From Octopus bimaculoides (taxonomy: Eukaryota): a stretch of DNA of 64,000 nt. Shown piece after piece: positions 47,689 through 61,005 of this stretch. Both the position numbers and the translations under genes were made by a program. Each line of letters opens with the position of its first letter. Position 1 is the first letter of the stretch. The notes under the pieces were generated by a model. That model had not been told where the DNA came from, searched no databases, and worked only from the letters and a program-made list of their open reading frames with translations. The DNA is taken from NCBI RefSeq assembly GCF_001194135.2, contig NC_068981.1, positions 145,718,324 through 145,782,323 of the forward strand, in the 5' to 3' direction.

Positions 47689-50493
47689 GTGAGTTACAGA
47701 AATTCAAAACACACACCTATATCATTACATTTACGTTTGTTTATTATTATTAATATTATTATTATTATTATTATTATAGCATGATATACTGCAGTGTCGG
47801 TAGTTGGTCGTACATCTACCTGTCTATCTACCACTTGACCACTAACATAATTCTACTACATTCACCATACAGTGGAACTGTGTCAATGCAGTTGTAAATT
47901 CACAACCTTAGAAATTATCAACATTCATTCCTCTTCGCCATTACAATAATGTTTACACACACACACACACATATTCTGTAATCGAAATTATTTAGAAATA
48001 TTCCAGTGTGACGTGTAATTTATTATATGCTCTAAATATTTCGGTTTTGATAATGATTTTAACTACCCTTGCTCAAGGCCAGATTTTATGGAAGTCTATA
48101 TAATCGTCTTAGTGGGCAGGTATCAACAATAGTATAGATTTTACACTTAATTCTGAATGTATTGCTATTAAAAGAAAGAGTGTTGACGATACAGATTATA
48201 TATATTTATATATATCTATATAAACTCGATAGTTAGCGCGTGTATATATATATATATATATATATATNNNNNNNNNNACACACACATATTCTGTAATCGA
48301 AATTATTTAGAAATATTCCAGTGTGACGTGTAATTTATTATATGCTCTAAATATTTCGGTTTTGATAATGATTTTAACTACCCTTGCTCAAGGCCAGATT
48401 TTATGGAAGTCTATATAATCGTCTTAGTGGGCAGGTATCAACAATAGTATAGATTTTACACTTAATTCTGAATGTATTGCTATTAAAAGAAAGAGTGTTG
48501 ACGATACAGATTATATATATTTATATATATATATACACACACACACACGTATGCACACACAAATCTTTTACAATTTCTATTCAGTGAATATTGATAACCG
48601 CGTGTATTTAGTGAGTTTACTGTTTCAATTAATATCCTGATGACAACATGGATTACATTTAGTGACTTGTATAGTTTATCGTTTGTCTAGTATCTCACCT
48701 GATCAACTAATGTCATATGACTGGTACACAATGCCAATCAGGTTATTTATTTAAATGACTTCAGTGAATTTTTGGCTGCAATTTGCGTCTTGAATTTATT
48801 CCACGTGTTGACCGTTTAAGGAAACCTTATGACGATAAAAACCATAAACAGACCAAAATGTAAGTGGTCTAAATACTAAAAATATCGTTTGTAACTCCCC
48901 CCCTTCTCTCTTTATACTCTTTCACACAGATACCCATTCACTGCTGTGTATAAATTAGGAAATTTTCATCTGCTATTACTATGATCTCTTTATGCACACT
49001 TGAAAAATAATAGACAGTGCAATAACGTGGCAGTTCGTGATCGTAATGACATAACCATTGGACTGATTCGTTAAGGGCCTGACTTGAGCTATACAAATAA
49101 CAACACATTGATCTTTTTTTTTTATATATATTTAAAGCTGTAGCAGTTATTTCTCTACTCTAAACTATACAAACATATTATTATTATAGCAATAATATTT
49201 GCGCAGTTATTTTGTCGATTAAAGCATCATTATCACTTCAATTTATTTTTAGTAGAATTAAGTATTTTCTCCATGTAATTCCAACGAGAGATGAGATTTT
49301 ACGTCGTTGTTTGATCTGGTAGAAACAGCAGCTAAATTTCCCCAAACCACAATTGTCTTGTCGAAAGAGCACACTTTATTCCAGGAAAGAAGGTATGGTC
49401 GTGGCTGGAAAGCCCTTTAACCATAGACCTGTCTACTCCATAAGAGTTGACTCACGGCTAAACAACAGCAACAAGGGCGCTTATTCGTTTCTAGGGTTCG
49501 ATGAAAATGTAAACATTTACTTTATCATCCAGTAGTTGGTGTTTACCACGTCAAAACGGAAAGTGAAAGTATGTTTTTTTTTAAAATAATAAATACACAT
49601 GTTAAGCGGATCTAATACCTTTAATTATCATAAATTTCATTGGTGACACTGACACCAATTTCAATCGTATTTTGAATAAGATACTCTGCTCATATATTGC
49701 TGTAGTAGTTCTAGTTGACACTCAAATGCTATTATTTTAATGTTCGCCATGCAATACACCTAATGGCTTCAGATTTTGGCACAAGGTCAGCAATTTAAAG
49801 AAAGGAGGTTAGTCCAAGACATTGACCTCAGTACTTGATACATTATTTTATTGAAAAGATGAAAAATGTTCGCCTATTTTATTGAAAAGATGAAAAAAGT
49901 ACACCTAGTAATGAATGAGATTGATTACGTGTACAGAAAATAGTTCTTCTTGACCTGAGTTGTATACAATGTTCGGGACAACAATTTTGCAGTAAAGTAA
50001 TTTTGTTTCCTGTATTTACCGTTAATCTTTTGGGTAAATCACAACATATTTGATAGATCCAAATTAAATAGGAAGAACGGCGAACTGGTATCTCGCCAAC
50101 ACTCAGTTTGTTATTTTTTTTGTTTTTAGAAAATACTTTCTCATTCAATTTGCCAGGAAAACACACTTTCGAAAAAGTTAATACTTTCACTTTCGTGAGG
50201 CTCTGAAAACAATTACCGGTACATCAACGACAAAAGTAGATTCCTGTTCCATTACCTTGCAATTCATGATTTGTTTTCTTCATTTCACTAACTCAAATAA
50301 GACTCAGTTCATAAACCCCTCAGCAAATTATAACGATGTAAATGTATTGTGAAAGATATCCACTCTAAAGAAAGGCTGAAATCTTAAAACTTTTACTTCT
50401 GATTAAACATGGGGCCTATGCATAGACTTGTTTGTGTGGTTAAGAACTTCACTTTGCAACTATGTAGCTTTCAATTCGATCCCAAAGGACGTA

Positions 50494-50709
50494 CTAGGTG
50501 GTGCTGAAAAGTTCCTGGCTTTAAGGATATTGCAAAGGCCTGGTTGGCGCCCCAACCTTCTGAGTTCTTTTATAGGGCTTAGAAAAACTGAAGAATTGCT
50601 ACAATAAGTGTGTGAATTTGAGAGGGGAATATGTTGAATAAAATCATAATTTATTGATCCTCCTGTATTTTCTTTTACCCAAAGTCAGGAACTTTTCATT
50701 ACCTCATTG
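50494..50709. mobile_element. Mariner-type MITE inserted in a decayed SINE
   Basis: TA-flanked imperfect TIRs built around gaaaagttcctg.cttt; the SINE sequence resumes on both sides. Confidence 0.65.
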
Positions 50710-51743
50710 TAGTCACATTGGCACCATGGGCAAGGTTTTCTATAGCTTCGGGTTGACCAAAACTTTGTGAGTTTGAATCAGTGGAAACCCATCAGAGAGA
50801 TTCTGATTGTTATTAAATTTTAGACTTAATCCATCTACCCATTTAGCACTACCACCTGGTTCTTTGGTGTCTTTAGCAGCAAAACTGACTCATGTAAACA
50901 CTAGGGCCAGATCTCCAGTTTGAAGATAATTTCTTTTCACTGGTATTAGAGGTCTTGCTTTTCTTGTGATTAAAGCCATTTAAGTTAATATTAGCTTGTA
51001 ACTGATGAAACCTCCGACTGCTGCTCTACAAGTTGAACATCTGGAAATTTCTGCTAAAAAAACAAAAATAGCATGAACAATAGATGAATTTGATTTTTTT
51101 TTTAGCCTCAGGTCAGTTGGGCCTGTGACCAAATTGTATTTTCCCTACCTTCTTGTACTCAAGACTACATTATCCAATGTTCACAGACGTTATTGTTGTA
51201 ACTTGAGGAAGATTTGGCTACTATTTTTATTAGTCTGAATGATCATGTAGAGGTTTCTTCATTGGCTCACTAGCTATGAAGTATATCATCTGAATAAATT
51301 CAAACACAATTTAATGCTCTACTGATTTTGTTGTTTAGCCCTAGGTCAGCCATGGCTGTGTGGGCCTATGATCAAAAGTATTCTCATTGTGATTATCCTA
51401 TCTTTGTGTAGGACTACATTGTTCAACCTGTCCTATTTTCAGCTGCCAAGATACGATTCGAGGAAAACTTGTATGTTATTACTTGCAGGTCAAGCAATGA
51501 TATAAAGACTCCTCCATTTATCTTCCTGTGCCTTATGTTCACTTGTAATTTATTTTATGAAGAATGCTGAATATGTAATAAAATCCCCCACCTAAGTATA
51601 TGCAAGAAAAATGTAGTGGGTTGGGAAGTGGGGTCTGGTTCAAATGCTTACAGCAGGGAAACTTGTTAAAGGCTCCTGAGTTCTAAGTAATTGATGTTAA
51701 CTTGAGTGGTGAGCAAGTTCCACCATGCATGCTAAACTGGTCA

Positions 51744-52130
51744 AGGCACAATGGCCCAGTGGTTAGGGCAGTGGACCTGCGGTCATAGGATCACGGTTTT
51801 GATTCCCAGACCGGGTGTTGTGAGTGTTTATTGAGCGAAAACACCTAAAGCTCCACAAAGCTCCGGCAGGGGGTGGTGGCGAACCCTGCTGTTCTCTTTT
51901 ACCGCAACTTTCTCTCACTCTTACTTCTTGTTTCTGTTGTGCCTGTAATTCGAAGGGTCAGCCTTGTCACACTGTATCATGCTGAATGTCCCCAAGAAGT
52001 ACGTTAAGGGTACACGTGTCTGTGGAGTGCTCAGCCACTTGCACGTTAATTTCACGAGCAGGCTGTTCCGTTGATCAGATCAACTGGAACCCTTGACGTC
52101 GTAAGCGACGGAGTGCCAACAACAACAACA
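51744..52130 (+). mobile_element. SINE family C, full length with TSD
   Basis: TSD GCTAAACTGGTCA at 51731-51743 and 52131-52143; (CAA)n tail. Confidence 0.92.
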
Positions 52131-52233
52131 GCTAAACTGGTCAGTGAGCTAGGCCTGTCATCCATGATATTTGAACAAGCCAAGAACTAAAAGCCTCATT
52201 TGACCTTGTACAGAGAGTAGCAGTTTACATTTA

Positions 52234-53135
52234 CAAGGTGGTATCAAAAAGTTCCTGGACTAGTTATGTTTAATAAAAAATAACTTATTTACCAAAGTTT
52301 TAACATCATCTCTTTTGAAACAGTCACTTTGCGCAGCAATACACTGGTCTCAGCATTCTTGTCACTATTGGAATCTGGCCTGGAAGTCATTTCCCATAAG
52401 CAAGTCAAGGACCTTCTGTGATTCACTCTTGATCTCGACAGCTGTGTTAAAACAGTGATCTTTCAGCTGCATTTTCATCTTGGGAAAGAGATGGAAATCT
52501 GCAGGTGCTAAGACTGAATAGGACTGATGCAGAAGCGATGCCATGTTGCCTTTGGTGAGAAACTCACGAGTGAAGAGAGCTTAGTGACAGGGTGCATTGT
52601 TGTGAAAAATCCAATTCTTCGCACTCTGCAGATGTTGTTTCTTTCACTGAATGTCCTCCCTCAAATGCTTCAAAATATCATTGTCCTCTGACAATCCTCA
52701 TGCACAAGCTGATGAATTTTCTCATTTCTGAGGGTGACACTTATAGTAGGTCTTCTAGATTGCTCATCGTTTTCCAGGGACATTCTTCCACTTTTGAAGC
52801 ACCCATGCCACTTGAAACATTGCTTAATACCCATAGCCTTGTTGCTGTCAGCTTGCTGATGCACGCTCAATGTCTCTGTAGCAGACTTCCCGGAATTTAA
52901 TGAAAAATTTCACATTGGCTCTTTTGTTCCAACTTTTTGTCTATGACAAAAATTGTAGACTATAACATACGTGATCACAAAAATACAAATTTCACAACTT
53001 GCAAAGTAAACACAGTGATGTCACTCGACACTACCTCATGAAGGTCATTGCTAGCTCTCACTGCGCACGCAACTATGTGCTGCCATCTGTTGGCATGCTA
53101 CAGAAGTAGTTTGGGAATTTTTTGATACTATCTCA
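52234..53135 (-). mobile_element. Mariner element, internally deleted, with a decayed transposase
   Basis: TA-flanked TIRs (gtatcaaaaa.ttcc); peptide QCFKWHGCFKSGRMSLENDEQSRRP plus a decayed catalytic region at about 52330-52620. Confidence 0.85.
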
Positions 53136-56100
53136 TATGTATAAAATAGCATAGAATAGCAGTCAGCTTGCAGATAGGGTGGCAATCAACTGCAACCAGA
53201 CGTGTTTTGTGTAGCTCTGGTGTATTGGCAGGAGAAGGAATAGAAATACAATTTGAATTCAAATTCACCCATTTAAAATTTCAACTCTTATTTTTTACAT
53301 GTTTCAGTCATTACACTGCAGCCGTGCTGGAATTTTTCAATTTTTCAAGTGCACAGTACCATGACTTCTGAACATTTGATACTGTCTGCATAAATGTCTC
53401 TTCTCATTCATTAAAAAAAAGTAAAACAATAGAATACAGCTCCAACCATTTTGATACCACAAAGTATCATAAAACTCACGAGATACAGTCAACATGTTGA
53501 TTATACATATTTACCTGTGATTAAGTAAATAGTCAAGATATTTGGCTCTAGGTTGCACAGTCCAGTTTTTGAGTGCTTTGTTCTTCACTTGGTGATAACT
53601 ACTAGCTGCTACTTTGTTTGTTTTTTTTTACATCTGACTAAGAAAATTTATGCAAATTGCCCTAGGAAACTGAGGATTTTATCTAAGTTTGTAAATAAAA
53701 AAAATATCAGAATTTTGCTGACTTTACAAATGATAAAAATACCAAAATAAGATCTAGTTTTATGAAAATTTTAGTTAAAATGTGAAGATGTGATGGCATG
53801 TATGTATTTTTTATTTTAAATAAAGTGCCGGTGGCACATAAAACTACACTTTTGGGGTGGTTGGCATTAGGAAGGGCATCCAGCTGTAGAGACCTTGCCA
53901 CATCAGATTGGAGCCTGGTGCAGCCTCCTGGCTTGCCAGTCCTCAATCAAACTGTCCAACCCATGCCAGCATGGAAAGTGGACGTTAAACGACGATGATG
54001 ATAATGATGAAAGGTAATTTCTTGCCCACATACAGGGTACAAGCCATATTGTTAGCATATACAAGAGGAAAGTCTGGAGAATGGTAGATTTCTTTGTTCC
54101 TGTTTCACTTCCTTTAAGAAATGTTGAAAAGAAGACCTTGATTTGTCCATTTACATTTAATGGGCCACAGAATTTGAATTTATTGCTAAAATCAGAAAAG
54201 ATTACATTAGTTGTTTTTTTTTTGTTTGCTTTGCTGTTGTGATATGGAAATTACCAGTCAGGGTAAAAATACACTTGAACAAAACACTACGACAGGTCAA
54301 CATTAATTTAACACTAGCTGTGCTACTAGTTCATCAGTGTTTCTCTCCAGCATGATTAACTCAAGATGTAAAATCTTGGCTGCAGAGCTATGTAATATAT
54401 ACGAAGCAATAAAGCTTCATCAATGATAAAAATATTTTGATTTCCAAGAAATGTTGGTTAAACAGTGACTCATTGTTAGGGAAAAGTGTAATAAGTGGGA
54501 AAAACTACTGAAAAAGCTTTGTGAAAATATTCTAGTGCTGCATTCTGTATCAAAGCATAATAAAGAACATGGTGTCTCCTTTTCAGCTGCTTTGATGCTT
54601 TAAAGGTGTAATGAATCTTACATTTATCTGTGGTTAGGTGTCATTCAGCTGCTCTTTTTCCCTCACTGCCAATATGTCACAGCAATACTGTGCTGTTTGA
54701 TATGTCACAACAGCACTATACATAAAGGAGCATGACGGTTGAATGTTTTCTGTTTTGCTTTTAGCAATAAATCCAAATTTTTTAGTGAATTAGGTGTAAG
54801 CATTTTTAACATTTCTTTTGGTGATTGAAACAAGAACAGAAAAATCAGCCATTCTCCAATGAAGATTTGGGCAGATTTCCCTCTCATATGTGCAATGTGT
54901 TCCCTTTATGTAGAAAATATAAAATAATTCATACACAAATGTCACCCTTGAGAAAGGAGTAGTTTGATTTTTACAGTGATAACAATCTATTGTTCTAAGG
55001 AAACAATACACTTTTGACAACATAAGTATGAATTTAGGAAAACAATAGGGTTAATCAAATCTGAAGACGCTTCCAACAAATATTATTACTGTAGATTATC
55101 TTGCTTATATTTTGCACAATGCTACAAATTGTTACAAAAATAAAAAAACAAATATTGAAAATATTGTGCTCAAAATGTACAAGCATTTCAGTATCTCAAC
55201 TAAAAAGACACCTCAGTTAAGGGGATTTTGCGAATTCATGGCTGTTGATAATTGTAATGTTACGCCATGTTTGAACTAGATGGCGCTCTCTTTCTCTGTT
55301 TTGTCATCTATTAGTGAACCCTTAAGTACCAGAAAGTTCTACCCAAAGCACTGTAGAAATGCCTTGATGAGCGAAATACCTTTGATGAAGATGAAGGAAA
55401 TACCTTTGAATCATTGGAGATCTCTTTCTTTGTACTCAGTCATACTCTTAAATTGTTTGAAGACACTATTGAAGCATAAGAAACTAAGCCATTCAACATA
55501 ATTTCAGGATTTAAGCTAATGGTTGGACTGAAAATGAACTTGTGAGAAAAGTACTCTTTATTTATTTTTAGTTTTTCTGTGAGCTCTAAGCTTAGCCAGC
55601 TTACCTCTACTGTCTCAGAAATGTGGAACAGACTTCATTGTTTTTCATAAACCAAACTTGTTGCTAGATCTACATATCCCTCTAACATACAAACCACGTC
55701 TTAGTCCTCTTCAAGTCACAAATCCCTCAACCTTGTCTATAGTTTCTTTTTGTTGTCTCTATGTTACACTCCTTGTTTAAACTTCATTTTAAAAGGTAGT
55801 GTCTATGCATATATAGGTTCCACTCTCCCTGCCACTCATTGCTCTTACCTGACTTTCTTTGTTACTCTGGCTCAAAGTTTTCCTCCCCTGTTCATTAAGT
55901 ATGTCTGCTTTCTCTACCATTCTCTATGCTCCTCCATCTGTCAACAATCCTTCAGTCACAATTCTTCTTGGCTCTTGTACTCATTGCATGTTGATGCTAC
56001 CAGTGCCAAAACCAAATTGTTTGCAATCCTCAACTCTCTACATTAACTAGTTTCATCACCTATACATATATCTGTCTAATGCAGATACACTCCAAGCACT

Positions 56101-56859
56101 CTTGATTTTTCCTCACCTTCAAACCCAACATATACCAAATCATAACCATCTCTGCACCTATGAGGTCATTCAATCACTTCTTTCCACTATGATCCACCAC
56201 ACAACTGCATAATGCCCTACTCCACAGCCTACATATTATTGCATTTCATGTCAGTTGACTAGTTGGAGCTTCACCAGTTCTGTGGTAATTATCCTTGACA
56301 GTACATGGACTTCACTACTGACCAATGTTCCCTCTAAGCTGTGCAGTCATATTGTTGTTGCATTGATGCTGCAGGCATCAAAATGTTGCTGACCATTTGA
56401 ACCCTTTACCATTCAGATTTTTTTTGTTAAATGTATTGCTTATTTATTCATTGTTTTGAATTAATTACCCATTATTTTGTTGGTGTGTCAGTATATTTTT
56501 AGAATGACATTGTAGATAGGTGTAAGAGGTTGGATCTGGTCAGTTTTAACATAGAATAGATTGGATATTTGGGCTCGATATGGCTGGATTAAATGCTAAA
56601 GGGTTAATTAACAAAATATCGTTGTTTTGTTCTGTGTACCTTTTTACCATTTCTCACAACTCAAGGTTAGCTGCCTCCAAAATAATGATGTCCCCTGCAT
56701 TTCACTTCACTCAACAGTTATTTTGGGGAAGCTGTCAAACTGTCGACAGTGGACAGTGGCAACAGCTTATTTAGATAGAGAGGTCAGGGCTCTTGACCCA
56801 TTACAAATAGCTTGGAAATTATCCTCTTAGTCATGTCCCTCCATTCCACTCTCGACAAA

Positions 56860-57880
56860 CACTTGCAATCCTAACTCCTCTTAGTGGTCCACTCATTGCT
56901 GTACTGGTGCAAATCAGGCAAGCTATATGGCCTACAAGGCCTGGAGAAAATCAACCACTCCTACAAACTGAATACCTCATACTCAGCATTGCTACCCCAG
57001 CACAACCAGCACCTGATCCATAAAGAATGCCTCTATGCGTTACACAGCCCGCAAGTTCTCCTGCCTCCCCCAGCTGCAGCTAATGAATCTCATTACCTTT
57101 CCTAAAGGATCTTTACCAACATTGCAAATCTCCTTTCATCTACTTCTTAACCATGATGATTCTGTAAACAGTATTTTCGTTCATACTCAGCCCCCCCCCC
57201 ACTCCATGTGCATAAATTAGTTATATCACTTCCAAAAGTCATCCCTTCTTATACCTCTAGGCTCACTGCCATCTCTACATACATGCCAAGTGTGAAAGTA
57301 ACCCCACTTGCTTTATATCAACAGGGCCACTGGCCCTGAGTGTGCATCCTACAGCTGTCTACCTATCTTCATACCTTCAGTCTGTTTCTCTCTCTCTACA
57401 GAGTTATATCCTGACTTTGGAAACATACTGTACTCTGCCCCATTCCAAAGAAAAGCAACCCCCTGACTCTGCAATGTACTATCCTATTGCACCTACTTCC
57501 ACTGTCTCAAAAGTGATGGAGATGGCCACTAACAACAACCGTCTCCAACACTTTGAAATGCTTTCCCTCCTCTATGACCATCAATACATCTTTTGTAAAG
57601 CCTGATCTACTGGAGACCTTCCTTCCTATGTCACTTAGCTGTGGGCTCTTGTTCTTGAACAATTTGGTGAATATGGTATTGTTACCTTGAATGTTTGCAA
57701 AGCTTTCATGTGTATCTGGTACATGACTCCCCTATTAAAATTGCCTGTCTTTGACCTTTGTCCTTCACTCATCTCTTGATTTGATGGGATTTCTATCAAA
57801 TTGTAAAGATGTAGTATTGGCTGATGAAGCTCTCTCTCTCTGTCCTCTCTGGTGTGCCTCACACTCTTCTTTCTGTATAT
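56860..57880 (+). mobile_element. CR1/Jockey-group LINE reverse transcriptase fragment
   Basis: YYPIAPTSTVSKVME, DHQYIFCKA*STGDLPSYVT, VTLNVCKAF and GVP. Confidence 0.8.
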
Positions 57881-57887
57881 CAATAGC

Positions 57888-58090
57888 TTACTTGTTGATG
57901 GTTAGGGAGGTGTGAAGAGTGTTATCTTCGACATGGGAGTTAGCATTGTTGGAATTGATGACAAGTAGTTTATTATTGTTTTGGAAAATGAGTGTAGGGG
58001 ACAAAATTGAATCTTGGAGTACACCATAGTTGATATAGGAGAAGCAAAACTTATCTAAGTGTGGAGATGATTGTGGATACTTGCTACTAA
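57888..58090 (-). mobile_element. LINE RT fragment in the opposite orientation
   Basis: INYGVLQDSILSPTL...HVEDNTLH, corresponding to the GVPQGSILSP and YADD regions. Confidence 0.7.
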
Positions 58091-58299
58091 CAATGTGCAA
58101 AGACAGGAATCATGATTTAACAATTCCATCACTGCTGCCTAATGTTTTTTTTTTGTCTGCTACTGCTACACTTCAGTGCTTTATAGCACTATACATCTGT
58201 ATGAAAATATTTTTCAAAGTATATAATGAAGTTTTGTTGCTTATGATAGTATATCCGCATTAAGATATACAGAATGCTATTCTGAACCTGCTTCTGTCA

Positions 58300-58333
<34 letters not shown>

Positions 58334-58374
58334 GGTTGTCTACTTTTTATGCAGAATCTGACCACCTCTTGTAC

Positions 58375-58600
58375 TTACACCTTAGATCTATCATGGCATC
58401 TGATGTGGCTTTTTAAACCAGACAATATTTTGAAAAGACACTCATGTAGATTGCATATCTGTTTTGGACCACCAAGAGCTGCAGTTAAGTTCTGATCTTT
58501 GTGGATCTTAAAATGTCTTTTGAGGCCTCTGTTAGATTTGTAGGCCTTATGGCATACCGTAGATTTGCAAACCTTACAGTATTGACAGTGACAGGTGTGC
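58375..58600 (-). mobile_element. C2H2 zinc-finger tail, probably a LINE (RTE-like) C-terminus
   Basis: CHKAYKSNRGLKRHFKIH and a degenerate second finger ending GLKSHIRCH; no TGEKPY linker; embedded among LINE fragments. Confidence 0.45.
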
Positions 58601-58634
58601 ACAGATATATAGGCAGAGTAGTTGGTGGAGGTTC

Positions 58635-58677
<43 letters not shown>

Positions 58678-58689
58678 AGTGAGAGAGAG

Positions 58690-58990
58690 AGAGAGATGAA
58701 TGGTTTAACAGCTCACATCACCTGACAGGAAGCTTCCTATCCAAGAAACGAGGCAGATGGAGATGATAAGCAGCTGGTTTAGATAAGGCACAAGGTTGCT
58801 ACATTTGACAATTGAATGCTTTGCAAATGTCAAGTGTAACACCACTGTTGTCTTATTTCTTGAGAGTTGGTGTCCACCTATAAATGATAGAACAGATTTG
58901 CCTGAAATATGAACTGTTGACCTCCTTTGATGAGCTAGTTTAATTGTCTGTGCTACTTTTTGGGGGATGAACTATTGCAACAGTATATTA
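58690..58990 (-). mobile_element. CR1/Jockey-group RT fragment
   Basis: VTLDICKAFN and WIGSFLSG in shifted frames. Confidence 0.6.
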
Positions 58991-59220
58991 CAACACAGAA
59001 GACATGTCACAGTACTCGATAAAACAGCTAAATACAACCTACTGTCTTAAAATTAAGGGAAGAATGCATTTGATAATGTAGTTTTAAGCACTCATAAAGA
59101 CAGAACTGCTATGATTCAAGCTCTTATAGTTATGAGGTTTGTTAGATCAACATTGGTGGAACACAAAGATAGACAAAGCATTGGTTGATAACACAATCAA
59201 TGTATATAGAATTTCTTTAA

Positions 59221-59773
59221 CCTTTTAGCATTTAATCCAGCCTTATCCAGCCCAAATATTCTTCCTGTTTTATGTTAAAACTGACCAAATCCAACCTCTC
59301 ACACCTGCCCTACAATGTCATTCTAAAAATATACAAACACACCATTGGAATCTTGAAACTACAAAGTTATGTGTGAGCTTGCTTCCCAACCACATAGTTC
59401 CAAATTCAGTCTCACAGGATGGCACCTTGAGCAAACGTCTTCTACTATAGCCTCAGGCCAACCAAAGCCTTTGTAAGTAAATTGTAAGAAGCCTGACGTA
59501 TATATATGTGTGTATATATACCTGTGTGTGTAGCTTTGCTTCTGTGTTTGCCCCCCTCCCCACGACTGTTTGACAACTGGTGTTGATGTGTTTGTGTCCC
59601 CCATAACTTAGCGGTTTGGCAAAATAGACTGATAGAATAAGTACAAAGCTTGAAAAAGAAGCACTGAGGTTGATTCATTCACTTGACTAAAAACTCAAGG
59701 TAGTTTAATGACCAAAACAAGTAAAAGATAAAATAAGCAATACATTTGACAAAGAAATCTGAATGCTAAAGGG
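59221..59773. mobile_element. piggyBac-type MITE interrupted by a SINE family A copy (about 59372-59730)
   Basis: TTAA at 59217-59220 and 59774-59777; both MITE halves match the 60784-61005 copy. Confidence 0.75.
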
Positions 59774-60314
59774 TTAAAATATTATCATTGTAAGCTTTAT
59801 TGACTGATTACTGAAACTAAGTTGGGAGTTAACAGTGAAATTTTAAATCTTGCAATCATGATATCATCAGTAACATATCATTCCTGATTTTTAACCCCTT
59901 TTGTCATATTTCTGGTGAAATACATTACTTTTACTTCATTTAATTTTGAAAATCGTTATTAAACTGCTGTTTGGAACAGAAAATAACATCAAATTTTGTC
60001 GGAAGGTTTTTAATTTAGTCCACTTTAGCCCTTCAGCATTTAAACAGGCCACATCAGGCCAAAATAGTCTACCTATTATATGTTCAAAATGGCCAGATCT
60101 GGCTTCTCACACCTATCCAACAATGTCATTCTAGAAAAAATAAAAATCACATCTTCAAAATCTCAAATCTATGAGATAATACATAATTAATTCAAAATGA
60201 TGTGAATAAATAAAACATGACATATGACAGAATAATGCGAATCATAAAGGGTAAAAACTAAAAGCCTAGAGTGGTCTCTGGTGAGTTGGTAGTGGATGAA
60301 CTACTCATTACAAA

Positions 60315-60699
60315 GTGGACGCGCAATGGCCCAGTGGTTAGGGCAGCGGACTCGCGGTCATAGGATCGCGGTTTCGATTCCCAGACCGGGCGTTGTGAGT
60401 GTTTATTGAGCGAAAACACCTAAAGCTCCACGAGGCTCCAGCAGGGGATGGCGGCGAACCCTGCTGTACTCTTTCACCACAACTTTCTCTCACTCTTTCT
60501 TCCTGTTTCTATTGTGCCTGTATTTCAAAGGGCCAGCCTTGTCACACTGTGTCACACTGAATATCCCCGAAAACTACGTTAAGGGTACACATGTCTGTGG
60601 AATGCTCAACCACTTGCACGTTAATTTCACAAGCAGGCTGTTCCGTTGATCGGATCAACTGGAACCCTCGACGTCGTAAGCGACGGAGTGCCAACAACA
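60315..60699 (+). mobile_element. SINE family C, full length with TSD
   Basis: TSD ACTCATTACAAA at 60303-60314 and 60700-60711. Confidence 0.92.
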
Positions 60700-60783
60700 A
60701 CTCATTACAAAATGTCAGAAGATGAGTTCCCTATGTAAATCATCATTGTTTTACATCCATGATCCATGCTGGCATAGATTTAA

Positions 60784-61005
60784 CCCTTTAGCATTTAAAC
60801 TGGCCATATCTGGCCTAAGTATTCAACCTGTTTTATGTTCACACTGGCTAGATCCAACCTCTCATATCTGTCCTACAATGTTAGTCTAAAAATAAACAAT
60901 CACATAATCAAAATCTCAAAACTTCTAGAGATAATGCAGGATACATTCAAAACAATGTGAATAAATAAGTATTACATTTGACAGAATAATGTGAATGCTA
61001 AAGGA
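60784..61005. mobile_element. piggyBac-type MITE, complete
   Basis: TTAA at 60780-60783 and 61006-61009; CCCTTTAGCATT terminus. Confidence 0.85.

Noticed and set aside
47955-48540. ~260-bp direct duplication (47961-48215 vs 48278-48530)
   Set aside because: The two copies flank a tiny N gap and are essentially identical, which is typical of an unmerged contig overlap.
58375-58602. Host C2H2 zinc-finger gene
   Set aside because: No TGEKPY linkers, the second finger is degenerate, and it lies among LINE fragments; treated as a retroelement tail, although this is not certain.
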